The notes beneath the pieces were generated by a model. That model searched no databases. It saw only the letters and a list, made by a program, of their open reading frames with translations, and was not told the origin of the DNA. Of a stretch of 64,000 nucleotides of DNA, positions 1 to 12,589 are shown one piece after another. The stretch is from contig OX597818.1 of the NCBI GenBank assembly GCA_951406725.2, positions 60,698,001-60,762,000 on the forward strand. The letters are read 5' to 3'. Position 1 is the first letter of the stretch; every line of letters begins with the position of its first letter. The position numbers and the translations under genes are program-made. The DNA is from Octopus vulgaris. Its lineage: Eukaryota.

Positions 1-118
1 TTTGCTCAAAAAACCTAACGCATCACCCGGTCAGGGAGAATAGATAACCACGATGTTGTACCACATCCGAAGCACCAGGCCACATACCTTCAAAAGTCAA
101 ATATAAGAATATTTGAAA

Positions 119-665
119 GCGGCGAGCTGGCAGAAACGTTAGCACGCCGGGCGAAATGCTTGGCGGTATTTCGTATGCCGTTACGTTCTGAGTTCAAATT
201 CCGCCGAGGTTGACTTTGCCTTTCATCCTTTAGGGGTCGATTAAATAAATACCAGTTACGCACTGGGGTCGATGTAATCGACTTAATCCGTTTGTCAGTC
301 CTTGTTTGTCCCCTCTGTGTTTAGCCCCTTGTGGGTAGTAAACAAATAGGTATTTCGTCTGCCGCTACGTTCTGAGTTCAAATTCCACCGGGGTCGACTT
401 TGTCTTTCATTCTTTCGGAGTCGATAAGTTAAATGCCAGTTTCGTACTAGGGTCAATCTAATCGACTGTTCCCCTCCCCAAAAGTTCAGGCCTTCTGCCT
501 ACAGTAGAAAAGACTATTTAGTATTTCGTCTGTCTTTACGTTCTGAGTTCAAATTCCGTGGAGGTTGACTTTGCCTTTCATCCTTTCGGGGTCGATAAAT
601 TAAGTACCAGTTGACTACTGGGGTCGATTTAATCGACTGTCTCCCTCCCCCAAAAATTTAAGTCT
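119..665 (+). mobile_element. tRNA-derived SINE family A (Meta/MESC-like core), trimeric copy
   Basis: Head GGCGGCGAGCTGGCAGAAACGTTAGC (A-box-like), B-box GAGTTCAAATTCC and core GCCTTTCATCCTTTCGGGGTCGATAAATTAAGTACCAG. The body occurs three times with two different tails. More than 15 copies in the window. Confidence 0.88.
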
Positions 666-1129
666 CTAGACATGTTATATAAAAGGAAAAGAGAATACGA
701 ACACTTAAGTCGCGACTCAAATCAAGATACGTAATGAATTCTGTGACGTATTTATTACGTCACACGATTCAAGTGATCCTACCATGTCACAGAAATTCTT
801 ACTGGTTGCATATAAAGCAGGCAGTGTCCCATCAAGTGAGGAGGGGGTAACGTTTTTCAGAAGGATGTGATCAATTAGAACAAGGATTTCTCAGCCAAGG
901 GGACACAACCCAAGATTTAGAAACCAGAGTAAAATTCACAAGAATCATGAGATCTTTTATCTCTTACTTGTTTCAGTCATTAAACTGTGGCCATGAAATC
1001 GACAACGGGATTCTTTTTTTCTTTTTTAAGGTCGGCAATTAAGACATGTACGGGTTTGTTTACATCCCCATAATTTAGCGTTTAGGTAAAGGAGATCAAT
1101 AAAATAAGTGCTAATATGTATACATAGAT

Positions 1130-1214
<85 letters not shown>

Positions 1215-1220
<6 letters not shown>

Positions 1221-1346
1221 TATATAGAAGGAGTTTCTACAGGACTAGAACTGTTTCATTCAAGAGAAATCTTCAGGAAGCTTCCTGAAGATTTCTCTTG
1301 AATGAAACAGTTCTAGTCCTGTAGAAGCTCCTTCTATATAATAAAT
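1215..1346. repeat. 132-bp spacerless palindrome (PLE terminal-repeat-like foldback) flanked by (TA)n
   Basis: 66-bp arms centred on 1280/1281, one mismatch (1234 vs 1327). About 70 bp of unique sequence follows, then (TA)n. Confidence 0.95.
1279..1329 (+). ncRNA. Type I hammerhead ribozyme motif (mirror copy on the minus strand at 1232-1282)
   Basis: AGCTTC-CTGAAGA-TTTC tctt GAAT-GAAA-CAG ttctagtc CTG-TA^GAAGCT. Stem I is 6 bp, stem III is ACAG/CTGT, and the GUA cleavage triplet ends at 1323. The stem II closing pair is an atypical U.U. Confidence 0.65.
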
Positions 1347-1412
1347 TAATTTTACTCTGCTATGTATTGAGTACCTTATTTACTGTGGTTAACCCCGAAT
1401 CAACCCGGGACC

Positions 1413-1470
<58 letters not shown>

Positions 1471-1507
1471 TGCATATATATACAAATATATATATATATA
1501 TTTGTAT

Positions 1508-1540
<33 letters not shown>

Positions 1541-2415
1541 CATGCATATGCATCTGTACACACACATATATGCATGACAGGCTTCTTTCAGTTTCCGTCT
1601 ATCAAATCCACACACAAGAGTTAGGCAGACTGGAGGCATTACTAGAAGACACTTTCACAGTGTGCCACATAGCAGAACTGATCCTGAAACTCTATGCTTG
1701 GGGAGAAAACTTCATGCCATAAAGCTAGGCCAACCGTTGGGCTGCTCTGGTTCCTATTAGTATTTTGAATACGATGACTTGGTCACCTTTGACCACTGCT
1801 CTATTCAATAAGGCCGAACCGGAGCTAAACCATAAAATCAACAACCAAAGAATCGCGTTCCGTCTTACAAGTGGCTTACACTTGTCATCGACATCGTTTC
1901 AATGGGAAAGTTGTTGAGAGATGTGTTGTAAGAATCTAACAGTTTCATCTATTGAAAGAAGTCATTAACACTTAATAAAGCTACTTCCTGAATGGGATTC
2001 TTACTTTATTTATTCTCACAAATGAACTGTTTCCTCTGTAAGCAAAGGAACGATTCAAACTGAAAGCAGATACTTATTGGACATAAAATAATGGACAACA
2101 ATTTTGATCAGGAGAATTTTAATCGTTTATTTTTATCTTTTACATGGTGTCACTCAATTGGACTGCAGCGCCGTCTTGAAAGGATTGGGCGAACAAATTT
2201 CACACCCACCTCTCCAGTATATTTCTGTTTCTATGTTTGGTACCTATTATATGGGGCTCTCTTTACCATATTCTAAATTATGGTATGTAAACAAACACAA
2301 CGCAAAGACTTCCACATACACTCAATCATAATAACATATACATACACGCATACATGTATATGCGCGCATATGTGTGTACATGTGTGTATGTGTGTGTGCG
2401 TTTATATATATATAT

Positions 2416-2589
2416 AGGCGTAGGAGTGGCTGTGTGGTAAGTAGCTTGCTCACCAACCACATGGTTCCGGGTTCACTCCCACTGAGTAGCACCTTGGGCA
2501 CGTGTCTTCTACTATAGCCTCGGGCCCACCAAAGCCTTCTGAGTTGATTTGGTAGACGGAAACTAAAAGAAGCCCGTCGTATATATGTA

Positions 2590-2634
<45 letters not shown>

Positions 2635-2856
2635 GTGTGCGTATATGCTTGTGTGTCTGCGTTTGTTCCCCCAACTTCGCTTGACAACCGATGCTGGTGT
2701 GTTTAGGTCTTCGTAACTTAGCGGTTCAGCACAAGAGACTGATAGAATAAGTACTAGGCTTACAAAGAATAAGTTCTGGGACCGATTTGCTCGACTAAAG
2801 GCAGTGCTCCAGCATAGCCACAGTGAAATGACTGAAGCAAGTAAGAGAGTAAAAGA
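2416..2856 (+). mobile_element. SINE family B (tRNA head, CORE-like ACCTTGGGCAAGT box, internal TA/TG microsatellite, CR1-like tail), full length
   Basis: Head GGCGTAGGAGTGGCTGTGTGGTAAG with B-box GGGTTCACTCCC; tail GCAGTGCTCCAGCATAGCCACAGT...GACTGAAGCAAGTAAGAG. More than 10 copies in the window. Confidence 0.88.
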
Positions 2857-2867
2857 CTGTATATATG

Positions 2868-2900
<33 letters not shown>

Positions 2901-2904
<4 letters not shown>

Positions 2905-3108
2905 CAGAAAAGAAAATTAGATTTAGCTTTAAATGGAACATAGTAAGGAAAGCACAACCTTATAAAAATAGTAAATATGGATGTGAGCTTTGCTCCATGG
3001 AGATATATGAAATTTTGAAACAGAGATAATGTAAACTTATTAAATAACCGTTTTGAACTAGGGCGATCGTGTATACATTGTACTACTTGTACCTTTAAAT
3101 ATTTTTAA
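2901..3108 (+). pseudogene. Penelope-like element (Naiad-type) GIY-YIG endonuclease C-terminal remnant
   Basis: Translation FSFKWNIVRKAQPYKNSKYGCELCSMEIYEILK, then after a frameshift NLLNNRFELGRSCIH. This fits the KW.I...A.PY....C.LC..E...LLN.R.EL...C.H pattern of PLE endonuclease C-termini. It starts directly after (TA)n. Confidence 0.7.
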
Positions 3109-4195
3109 AAATAGCATTTTGTTATTTCTGAATTTTAGATCTTAATGGTTTTTAAAAATTAAAAAAAAGTAATAGCATAGCCTGCAATATTTATTTTTTA
3201 ATCAGCATTGCGTATTAAGAAATTTAATAACATAGACAAATTGAGTAAAGTTGAATAAAATAATTTCTTAAATTTCTAAAATCATTACATAAATCCTATA
3301 TATCTAATGAAGTTATTAAGTTGTTTACTTACTCCACAATAAGCTTTAGGGATTTGGTAATTCTCACATCTATTTCTACAAGAATTTTGCTCCACCTAAT
3401 CTTTTTCGATATTATAAATTAACCTTATATAAGCCTAAATTATTATACCCCATATAACCATACTTTACTCTTAATATAAAATATAGGATTTCCAAAAAAA
3501 TAATTCTATTTCTCTATAATTCCATTTTAAAAATTGCATTTTGGTTACCTCCCTTCCATTGTAATTTAAGGATTTTGGCATGTGATGCCTTATTTACTGG
3601 GAATCTCTTCTTAAAAAGATCTTTTAAATCTCCTTAATTAATATTTAAAACCTGATAAAAATAGATAATAATATTTAAAGTTTTGAGAAATTACTTGGTT
3701 TCTATTTCTCTCGATTAGCTCTACCCTCATGATCTTTGGATGTATTAGAAAGCTTTATAAAAATAAATTATAAAAGAAAATTAAAAAACAGTTTGTAAGT
3801 ACCAATTAATAATTATAAATTATCATATAAGGATTAATAATAGCATTTTCTTATATCTATAATAAAACCCATAATTTTATAGTTTTTGTCCAATAACTTG
3901 ATCACCTCTTTACCCGACATTAAACACTAGTCATTTATATATATTCTCATGATAAGTAAATATAAATTTTTGTCTAAAAATTTATGGACTTATAAAATTT
4001 CTTCTAACAACTTACCTTACCTATTAATATAAATAAGCTAAGTATATCTTATAATAAGTTTTTAGAACACAAATTTGTTCTACCCCTTGTCTATAACATT
4101 CTACAAAGATTTATATTTATATTTTTTTATTATATTCATTTTCATTTCTTTACTTTAATTTTAAACCAATTTCTTACCTATTTACTCACTATATC

Positions 4196-4500
4196 ATTTT
4201 ACGTAAAAAGCACCATCCGATCGTGGCCGTTTGCCAGCCTCGCCTGGCCTCCGTGCCGGTGGCACGTAAAAAGCACCATCCGACCGTGGCCGTTTGCCAG
4301 CCTCGTCTGGCACCTGTGCCGGTGGCACGTAAAAAGCACCCACTGCACTCATGGAGTGGTTGGCGTTAGGAAGGGCATCCAGCCGTAGAAACATTGCCAG
4401 ATCAGACTGGGCCTGGTGCAGCTTTCTGGCTTCCCAGACCCCATTTGCACCGTCCAACCCATGCCAGCATGGAAAGCGGACGCTAAACGATGATGATGAT
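4196..4500 (+). mobile_element. 5'-truncated RTE-related SINE with a 63-bp internal tandem repeat
   Basis: ACGTAAAAAGCACC at 4201, 4264 and 4327. RTE-type motif GGTTGGCGTTAGGAAGGGCATCCAGCCGTAGAAA; tail CCATGCCAGCATGGAAAGCGGACGCTAAAC(GAT)n. Confidence 0.75.
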
Positions 4501-4549
4501 ATTTCTATAAATTTCATACTCAACCTATAAAAAAACCATACATATAAAA

Positions 4550-5022
4550 CTTAGATATGTTTCGACCAAAGATTGGTCCAGGCCATGTCTAACTTAATAG
4601 CACCACCTGATAGGATTATCTAAATCCTGTTTAAGTCAAGTTTTGTTTATGGTCCATTCAAGTAGTGAGTTCTTGTTGGGTGAGTTATATCCAATTATGG
4701 GTGGCTTATCTGGTACTCCTTGAAGGAATCTATCCAGACTCCGTTTAAAGTTGATGGGATCTTTTCCTCTTTGATCTCTTTCGGGACAATGTTATATAGG
4801 GCAGGGCCTGTTGAAGAAAAGAAATTATGTTGCATTGTACATATATGCCTGAATTGGGCAGGGGACGTATGGCCCGTGGTCCCAGCCTTGGATGAACCTT
4901 GAAACTAATGTTCAGGTTGTTTGGGCAAAGTTGGCGGTATATTCTCCACATCGTACAAATGATGTACCACTCGCGGTGGCGCTGGAGAGAGTAGAGTTTC
5001 AAGGCTTTAAGGTGGTCCCAGC
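4550..5022 (-). mobile_element. CR1-clade LINE 3' end (ORF2 C-terminus plus tail), 5'-truncated
   Basis: WDHLKALKLYSLQRHREWYIICTMWRI...; shifted frames give GPALYNIVPKEIK and FKRSLDRFLQGVPDKPP. The tail hairpin ends in GAAAC. Confidence 0.85.
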
Positions 5023-6179
5023 ATATAAATATATAAATTTTTAACTTATTCCTTTAATTTAACTTTACTTTATTAATACCAAAAATTACTATTTAATAAT
5101 TAACCATAAATATATATTAAGTTAGTATAGAAATATATAAATATGGAATTATTTCTATATTCTCCATCCCTCTTTTGTGTAAAATACTGAAAATATTCTG
5201 AAATATTCTTTTTTTGTTTTTTTGGGTGTGAAAACAATCTCTAAAATGTACCTATGTATATAAAAATAACACTGGTTTTATGGCTGTCAAATAGTTAGTG
5301 CTTTATGTTTTACTCTCCCTACCCCATCAGCTTTAGCCTGCAAATTTTGGCTGAAATATATTCTTACTGAACCAAATGATTTTACTTCAAAGAAATCTTG
5401 ATTTATGACTCTGCCACTTAAACTGTCTTTTTACCCTATCCATAAAGGATAGATTCTAGTTTCTATTAGACTTGATAAACTAGTCTATAAATTAGAATTA
5501 CCCCCCACACACATTAGTAAATCTGAATAACAAAATAAAATCAATGATAAGTAGTGTCTTCCTTTGAAAAAAGATCTCAGTTACAACTATGATGTTGTTA
5601 ATGAAACATGTCCTATGTCTATCTACTTACCCTCTCTGTGATTTTGGATAATAAGAAAACTATACAAATGAATTCTATATTTTTATGCAGCTGAAGATTG
5701 CTCTACATTTTAAATTGATGTAATGATTGCATTGTTCAATTAAATGGAGTCACATGAAACGATCGTACTGCATTACCTCTGGATATCCTTGTTGTTTATT
5801 TTGATTGTAATCACCCCATTTTGAATTATGTGGATAATACCATACCAAATTCTGGTGCATTTAACTCAAGTACCATATTCAACTGAATCTAAATAGTATA
5901 TATATATCTATATATATACTATATATACTAATTAAATGTAATATATAAATTGAGTCTACAACAGTTTTTTTTTAAGCCCAGAAAGTTCTATGCAATATCA
6001 GTTAATGCATTATTCACCATCGTATATACTGAATCCGATCCTCATCTAAGGAAGTGACACAGAGGTGCATGGTATTGACAAGCTCCAAGTTGGACGAAAC
6101 GCAACTGTTCTCCTCGAGAGTCACCGCTACGAAGATATCTACCTCCGATATGCGTTGCGCTTTTAAAACAGTATTTCAT

Positions 6180-6575
6180 AGGCGCATGCGTGGCTGCGTG
6201 GTAAGATGCTTGCTTCCTAACCACATGGTTTCGGGTTCAGTCCCACTGCATGGTACCTTGGGCAAATGACTTTTACTATAGCCTCGGGCCTACCAAAGCC
6301 TTGTGAGTTGGTTGGGTGCGGTAGACGGAAACTGAAAGAAGCCCATCATGTGTGTGTGTGTGTGTGTCTGTGTCTATGTTTGTACCCCCAACATCGCTTG
6401 GCAGCCGATGCTGGTGTTTTTACATCCCCGTAACTTAGCGGCTCGGCAAAAGAAACCGATAGAATAAGTACTAGGCTTACAAAGAATAAGTCCTTGGGGT
6501 CGATTAGTTCGGCTAAAAGCGGTGCTCCAGCATGGCGGCTGTCAAATGACTGAAACAAATAAACGAATAAAATAA
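6180..6575 (+). mobile_element. SINE family B, full length
   Basis: Same head, core and tail as 2416-2856. Confidence 0.85.
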
Positions 6576-6691
6576 AGAGATTGTTGTATTTAGGGAGGGT
6601 CATGTTGCCAGTTTAGCCAATAAAACACACGCACTATATATTTCGTATTAATTTGCTTCATCTTTATTTTATTTTTACATTAATCGTATTT

Positions 6692-6737
6692 CGGCCAGAG
6701 TTCTTTCGTCACACTTCTGTGACCTCATCAGTGGTCG
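6692..6737 (-). ncRNA. Minimal PLE-type hammerhead ribozyme motif in a terminal-repeat-like remnant (about 6580-6960)
   Basis: Minus strand reads CGACCA-CTGATGA-G-GTCACA gaag TGTGAC-GAAA-GAACTC^TGGCCG. Stem I pairs 5/6, stem II is 6 bp, and stem III is minimal. Confidence 0.65.
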
Positions 6738-7899
6738 TTTGCTTTCTCCTTTCTTATTTGTGTGTCTTTCCTTACTAACGATCAGCCATTTTGTATGTTT
6801 TCTCTCAAACAAAAATCAAAGCATCCTGCTTTTGGCAGTGTAAATACATTTAGTACAATACACAAAAGGCCATTTAAATTTCTTAACTTCACTACAACCC
6901 AAACATTATATCTTCCTTTGCACTTTATACGTTTCAGCATAACAATGATGCGTTAAAAAGGAGATTCCTTTTAGTATTTCCGCTGTCGATAAAACAATAA
7001 AACAATACACGCAGTCAACTGTTGAACTGTCCCTGGTTTATCCTAGTTGAAAAGAAGGCTTTAAAACTAGAGATGTGAGACATCTGTTTTCTAGACATCC
7101 AAGGGGAGATCTCATTCCATGCCATGTGCTTAAAACTAGGTGAAATGAAGCGCTTGCAGTTAAGTGATTTGTTATGCGTAGTTCAAACCATCTGCACATC
7201 GGTTAGCACTCTAATATGATAAAAGTGCAGCCCGTTGGGACTTTCTTCACGGGTATTTACATATAGATATGCAAATGAAGGAATGGTCAATCTCAGTAAT
7301 GGACAGATAAGAAAGTGAAACTAGCTTTACATGGTTCGTAAACTCGTTGCTCAGCCTCGTGTCTCCAATAACCTTCTGTAAAGAAACAAATTTATAGGAA
7401 ATAAACCCAATACAAACATTTATTATACTAATTTATTTATTTTTAGGAAAGCGGAAAATAGAAATATTGTGAGTGATAAACATGGAGTGTTATCTTTTCA
7501 ATATCAAATGAAGGTTCTGGTACAATAAAGGAAAGATTTAGCCTGAAAACAATACGATTATCGACAAGCCAAAACGAGTTTAGCGCTGGTCTCCGGTGAA
7601 GCTAGTTTGACATTAATGTGAGTTTTACAGACCATTAATGTAACTGATTTCAGAAGCCAAGTTTGATAGTTCGATTACTTTAATCCCGTAAACAGAGAAG
7701 GTTAACTCAATGAAAGTTAACAACAGCTACAACAACAACAACAACAACAACATTAATAACAACCACAACAGCAGCTGCTGCAATAGTTACCACAAGCAAC
7801 TAGCAAGTAACAACTTGGAGAAGAGGAGGAACATTATCAAACAAAGAATGGAATTGGTGTTACATTGACATTTCGTGTTTTATCTACAAAGCTTGACTA

Positions 7900-8133
7900 A
7901 CGCATAGTGATACATACGCACATACGTACATACATACGTACATATATACATACATGCATACATACATACATACATATATGCATACATACATATATACATA
8001 CATGCATATAACATTCATACACACATAAGCATCTACATATAAATACATGCTTACATTTAAACATAGTTCACTAATATCTATAAAGAAAGAAAAAATGTAG
8101 ATATAGATATATGTATGTATATGTATATGTCTG

Positions 8134-8186
<53 letters not shown>

Positions 8187-8217
8187 TCATATTTATATAC
8201 ATATATGCATGTGCATA

Positions 8218-8252
<35 letters not shown>

Positions 8253-8378
8253 TCATATATATATATATATATTCATATTTATGTACATATATACATGTGC
8301 ATATGCATATGTATATATATATATATGCATATATGTGTGTATATATATGTATATATATATGTATATATACACACATTC

Positions 8379-8410
<32 letters not shown>

Positions 8411-8455
8411 TCATATATATATATATACGTAAAATACACATACATATGTGTGTGT

Positions 8456-8491
<36 letters not shown>

Positions 8492-8595
8492 ATATTGTGT
8501 ATATATTTGATATCAGTATCCCAGTAACAAGGTATCATTATATTAACGATGCAGTTGATTTTAGACTGAAAATTATTTATCAATTGCTAGCGTTA

Positions 8596-8630
<35 letters not shown>

Positions 8631-8800
8631 TACACATATCACACACACACTTATCCACACACACTTATGCACAGGCACACGTACACACACACACACACAT
8701 ACACGCACTTACACATAGGTACATCTACACGCATACTCTCTCTCTCTCTCACACACATACAGACACACTCGCATACACACACACACACACGCGCGCACAG
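7900..8800. repeat. Compound TACA/TA/TG/CA microsatellite block
   Basis: Seen directly. Confidence 0.95.
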
Positions 8801-8949
8801 AGTATTATTTATTAAGTTTCCATAATCTTGCCGGATGTTGTTGTTATTGTTATTGCGGTCGATATTGGTTCTGTTGTTGTTTTTATCTCCTCAACACAAT
8901 GAGCGTTATCATTTGGGAAGGCAATATTATCGAGAGGAACCACACAAGG

Positions 8950-9193
8950 AGCAGCAACATCACCAACACCAGCAGTAACAGCAGCAGCAGCAGCAGTAGT
9001 AGCAGTAGTAGTAGTAGTAGTAGCAGTAGTAGTAGTAGTGGTGGTGGTGGTGATGGTGGTGGTGGTGGTGGTGGTAGTAGTGGTGGCGGTGGTAGTGGTA
9101 TTAGTAGTAGTAGTGGTGGTGGTAGTGGTATTAGTAGTAATAGTAGTAGTAGTAGTAGTAGTAATAGTGGTGGTGGTGGTGGTGGTGGTGTAT

Positions 9194-9230
<37 letters not shown>

Positions 9231-9339
9231 GGTGGTGGTGGTAGTGGTGGTGGTGGTAGTGGTGGTAGTGGTAGTGGTGGTGGTAGTAGTAGTAGTAGTG
9301 GTGGTGGTGGTGGTGGTGATAGTGTTGGTAGTGGTAGTG

Positions 9340-9380
<41 letters not shown>

Positions 9381-9450
9381 GGTAGTAGTAGTAGTAGTGG
9401 TGGTGGTGGTAGTTGTGGTAGTGGTATTAGTAGTAGTAGTAGTAGCAGTG

Positions 9451-9486
<36 letters not shown>

Positions 9487-9495
9487 GCAGTGGTG

Positions 9496-9526
<31 letters not shown>

Positions 9527-9624
9527 CAGTGGTGGTGGTGGTGGTAGTAGTAGTAGTAGTAGTAAATTTTGTTGAACGTTTATGTTCTTGGCTGAAAATA
9601 TTAAGTATCAACAGTAACAAGAAA

Positions 9625-9690
<66 letters not shown>
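8950..9690. repeat. Mosaic (GCA)/(GTA)/(GTG) trinucleotide array followed by (AAT)n
   Basis: Seen directly; it generates the poly-S/G/V and poly-T/P/L ORFs. Confidence 0.95.
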
Positions 9691-9691
<1 letters not shown>

Positions 9692-9693
<2 letters not shown>

Positions 9694-10090
9694 CCTTTCT
9701 ACTTTTGGCACAAGGCCTGAAATTTCTGGGGAGCGGACTAGTCGATCGTATCGACCCTAGTGCGTAACTGGAACTTAATTTATCGACCCCGAAATGATGA
9801 AAGGCAAAGTCGACCTCGGTGGAATTTGAACTCAGAACGAAACGGCGACGAAATACCCATTTCTTTACTACCCACAAGGAGCTAAACACAGAGGAGACAA
9901 ACAAGGACAGACAGACGCATTAAGTCGATTATATCGACCCCAGTGCGAAACTGGTACTTAATTTATCGACCCCGAAAGGATGAAAGGCAAAGTCGACCTC
10001 GGCGGAATTTGAACCTCAGAACGTAGCGGCAGACGAAATACTGCTACGCATTTCGCTCGGTGTGCTAACGAATGTGCCAACTCGCCGCCT
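9692..10090 (-). mobile_element. SINE family A dimer
   Basis: Reverse complement of the head plus two bodies, ending in the alternative tail. Confidence 0.85.
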
Positions 10091-10119
10091 TAATAACTTA
10101 ATACCACCACTACTACTAC

Positions 10120-10183
10120 TATTAATAATGATAAGAATAATGATAATAATAATAATAATAATAGTAATAATAATAATAATAAT

Positions 10184-10214
<31 letters not shown>

Positions 10215-10240
10215 TTAATTATAATATAATTAATTATAAT

Positions 10241-10275
<35 letters not shown>

Positions 10276-10285
10276 TATTAATAAA

Positions 10286-10320
<35 letters not shown>

Positions 10321-10324
10321 TAAT

Positions 10325-10359
<35 letters not shown>

Positions 10360-10377
10360 TAATATTAATAATAATAA

Positions 10378-10452
<75 letters not shown>

Positions 10453-10479
10453 TAATATTAATAATAATAATAAAAATAA

Positions 10480-10553
<74 letters not shown>
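10120..10553. repeat. (AAT)n array
   Basis: Seen directly. Confidence 0.95.
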
Positions 10554-10554
<1 letters not shown>

Positions 10555-10984
10555 CACAGATTTGCTTGTCAGTTGTTTGACCTTAACCAGTTAAGCATGT
10601 CCCTTAGTGGCTGACGATATGTGCATCTCTGATCACGAGCAGAAGTAGTGGAGGAGCATCATAGCCACATGTTGAGAGGGGTTCTTTGGGGTTTGAATAA
10701 TTCACCTCTGGAAACATGGGTGGTTCTTTCAACATCCTTAAACAACCCTTATTCAGGGACCTTTTGAGTGGGATGGGCTACTCAACCTGAAGAAAATTCT
10801 AACTGGGCCCCACCTGCAAGGTCATACGCTGTTTATCTTGATATGAGATCACCATGTCGCGCACATATGGTTGTGATGCATGTGCCTGGTGTACCCTTAT
10901 CAGACGGGTAGTCATGATGGGTATATTGGGCTTCGTATATTTTACCCCAGTGTCACTTTGATGGCATGAACTGCTCTCTCACTC

Positions 10985-11015
<31 letters not shown>
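10554..11015 (+). mobile_element. Probable 3' UTR of a (TAA)n-targeting non-LTR retrotransposon (R4/Dong-like)
   Basis: About 430 bp of non-coding sequence embedded between (AAT)n tracts and ending CTCTCACTC(AAT)n. Clade assignment is inferred from the target repeat only. Confidence 0.5.
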
Positions 11016-11016
<1 letters not shown>

Positions 11017-11384
11017 TAAGTCAATAACGGGCGCAAAGAAATAGATAAATACAATGCTCTTAACCCATAAAGCATTGAGATTTGCACTTACATAGGCACT
11101 TACATAGGGCAGCTGAGCATATTTTATGAAAATGAGACAACCATGCACACATAAAGAACAAAAAATAGTTAAAATATCTTCTTAGTATATAATGGTGACA
11201 AGTTTTACATCATCTGGAAAGTCACTAGTTGAACTATTAGTCCTCTTGCAATCTTGGGGTTACCGGAGTGTCTGAGTGACATTAGACCCCAACAAATGAC
11301 CATAAATTAAATGCATTTATCTGGGCTACGATCGTGGCCTGTCGACTTGTACCTTACGGTCACGATCTTGGCCCGTCGCGCTTT

Positions 11385-11890
11385 ATGTCTTAAGGGTGAA
11401 ATAGCCCGGCTTTGGAAAATGAAGAAGGTGAAGATGGTGCAAATTATGGTCAGGTTCTGGGGGACAGTATCAGAGGTCATTAAGAAGAATATAAAGAAAA
11501 TAAGAATAGAGTGCCCAGAAGAACTCCTACAAAAGGGTACTCAGGAAATTATTAGATAGTTGAAGAGTACAGATAGCACGCCGGGCGAAATGCTCAGCGG
11601 TATTTCGTCTGCCGTTACGTTCTGAGTTCAAATTCCGCCGAGGTCGACTTTGCCTTTCATCCTTTCAGGGTCGATTAAATAAGTACCAGTTACGCACTGT
11701 GGTCGATATAATCGACTTAATCCCTTTATCTGTCCTTGTTTGTCCCCTCTACGTTTAGCCCCTTGTGGGCAATAAAGAAAGAAGAGAACAGATAGCACGG
11801 TACCGCAGGCTTCAGGCAGGAATCCCGCTACGCATGCTAAAACTCCAGAAGTTCCAACAAAAACTGATTTAAAAAAACAAAGTAAAATAA
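11385..11890 (+). mobile_element. R4/Dong-like LINE restriction-like endonuclease (REL) C-terminus and 3' UTR, interrupted by SINE A
   Basis: LKGEIARLWKMKKVKMVQIMVRFWGTVSEVIKKNIKKIRIECPEELLQKGTQEIIR matches the REL-domain end pattern L..EI.RLW....V.V.PIVVGALG.....ELLQK....GT..IIR. Confidence 0.72.
11573..11782 (+). mobile_element. SINE family A, 5'-clipped monomer
   Basis: Body plus tail; flanking duplication GAG(T/A)ACAGATAGCACG. Confidence 0.85.
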
Positions 11891-12117
11891 TTATAGTTTC
11901 ACATTTTTGGTAAAAGACCAACAGTTTCGAGGGAGTGGGTAAGTCGATTAGATCAACCTCAGTGCATAACTGGTATTTATTACATCGATCAGAAAGCTGA
12001 AAAGGCAAAATCGACCGCGGGTGAGTTTGAACTCAGAAGACGTTAAAAAAAAACTGGAAGAAACACCGCAAGCGTTTCCTTTCGACGTTTGAACGATCCC
12101 GACAATCCACAACCATT

Positions 12118-12585
<468 letters not shown>

Positions 12586-12589
12586 TTGT

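Larger units (their letters stand above)
960..1730 (-). mobile_element. SINE family B (CORE-like), degenerate, split by an expanded CA/TA tract that contains the HHR foldback
   Basis: 3' tail at 960-1110 and 5' half at 1575-1730 (GGCTTCTTTCAGTTTCCGTCTATCAAATCCAC) match the intact copy at 2416-2856. Confidence 0.7.

Noticed and set aside
736-800. Hairpin TGTGACGTA-N5-TACGTCACA as a terminator or regulatory site
   Set aside because: A 9-bp inverted repeat can arise by chance in 64 kb, and there is no supporting context.
3110-5950. Mitochondrial insertion (NUMT) suggested by the AT-richness
   Set aside because: No recognisable mitochondrial rRNA, tRNA or OXPHOS motifs; the identifiable parts are retroelement-derived.
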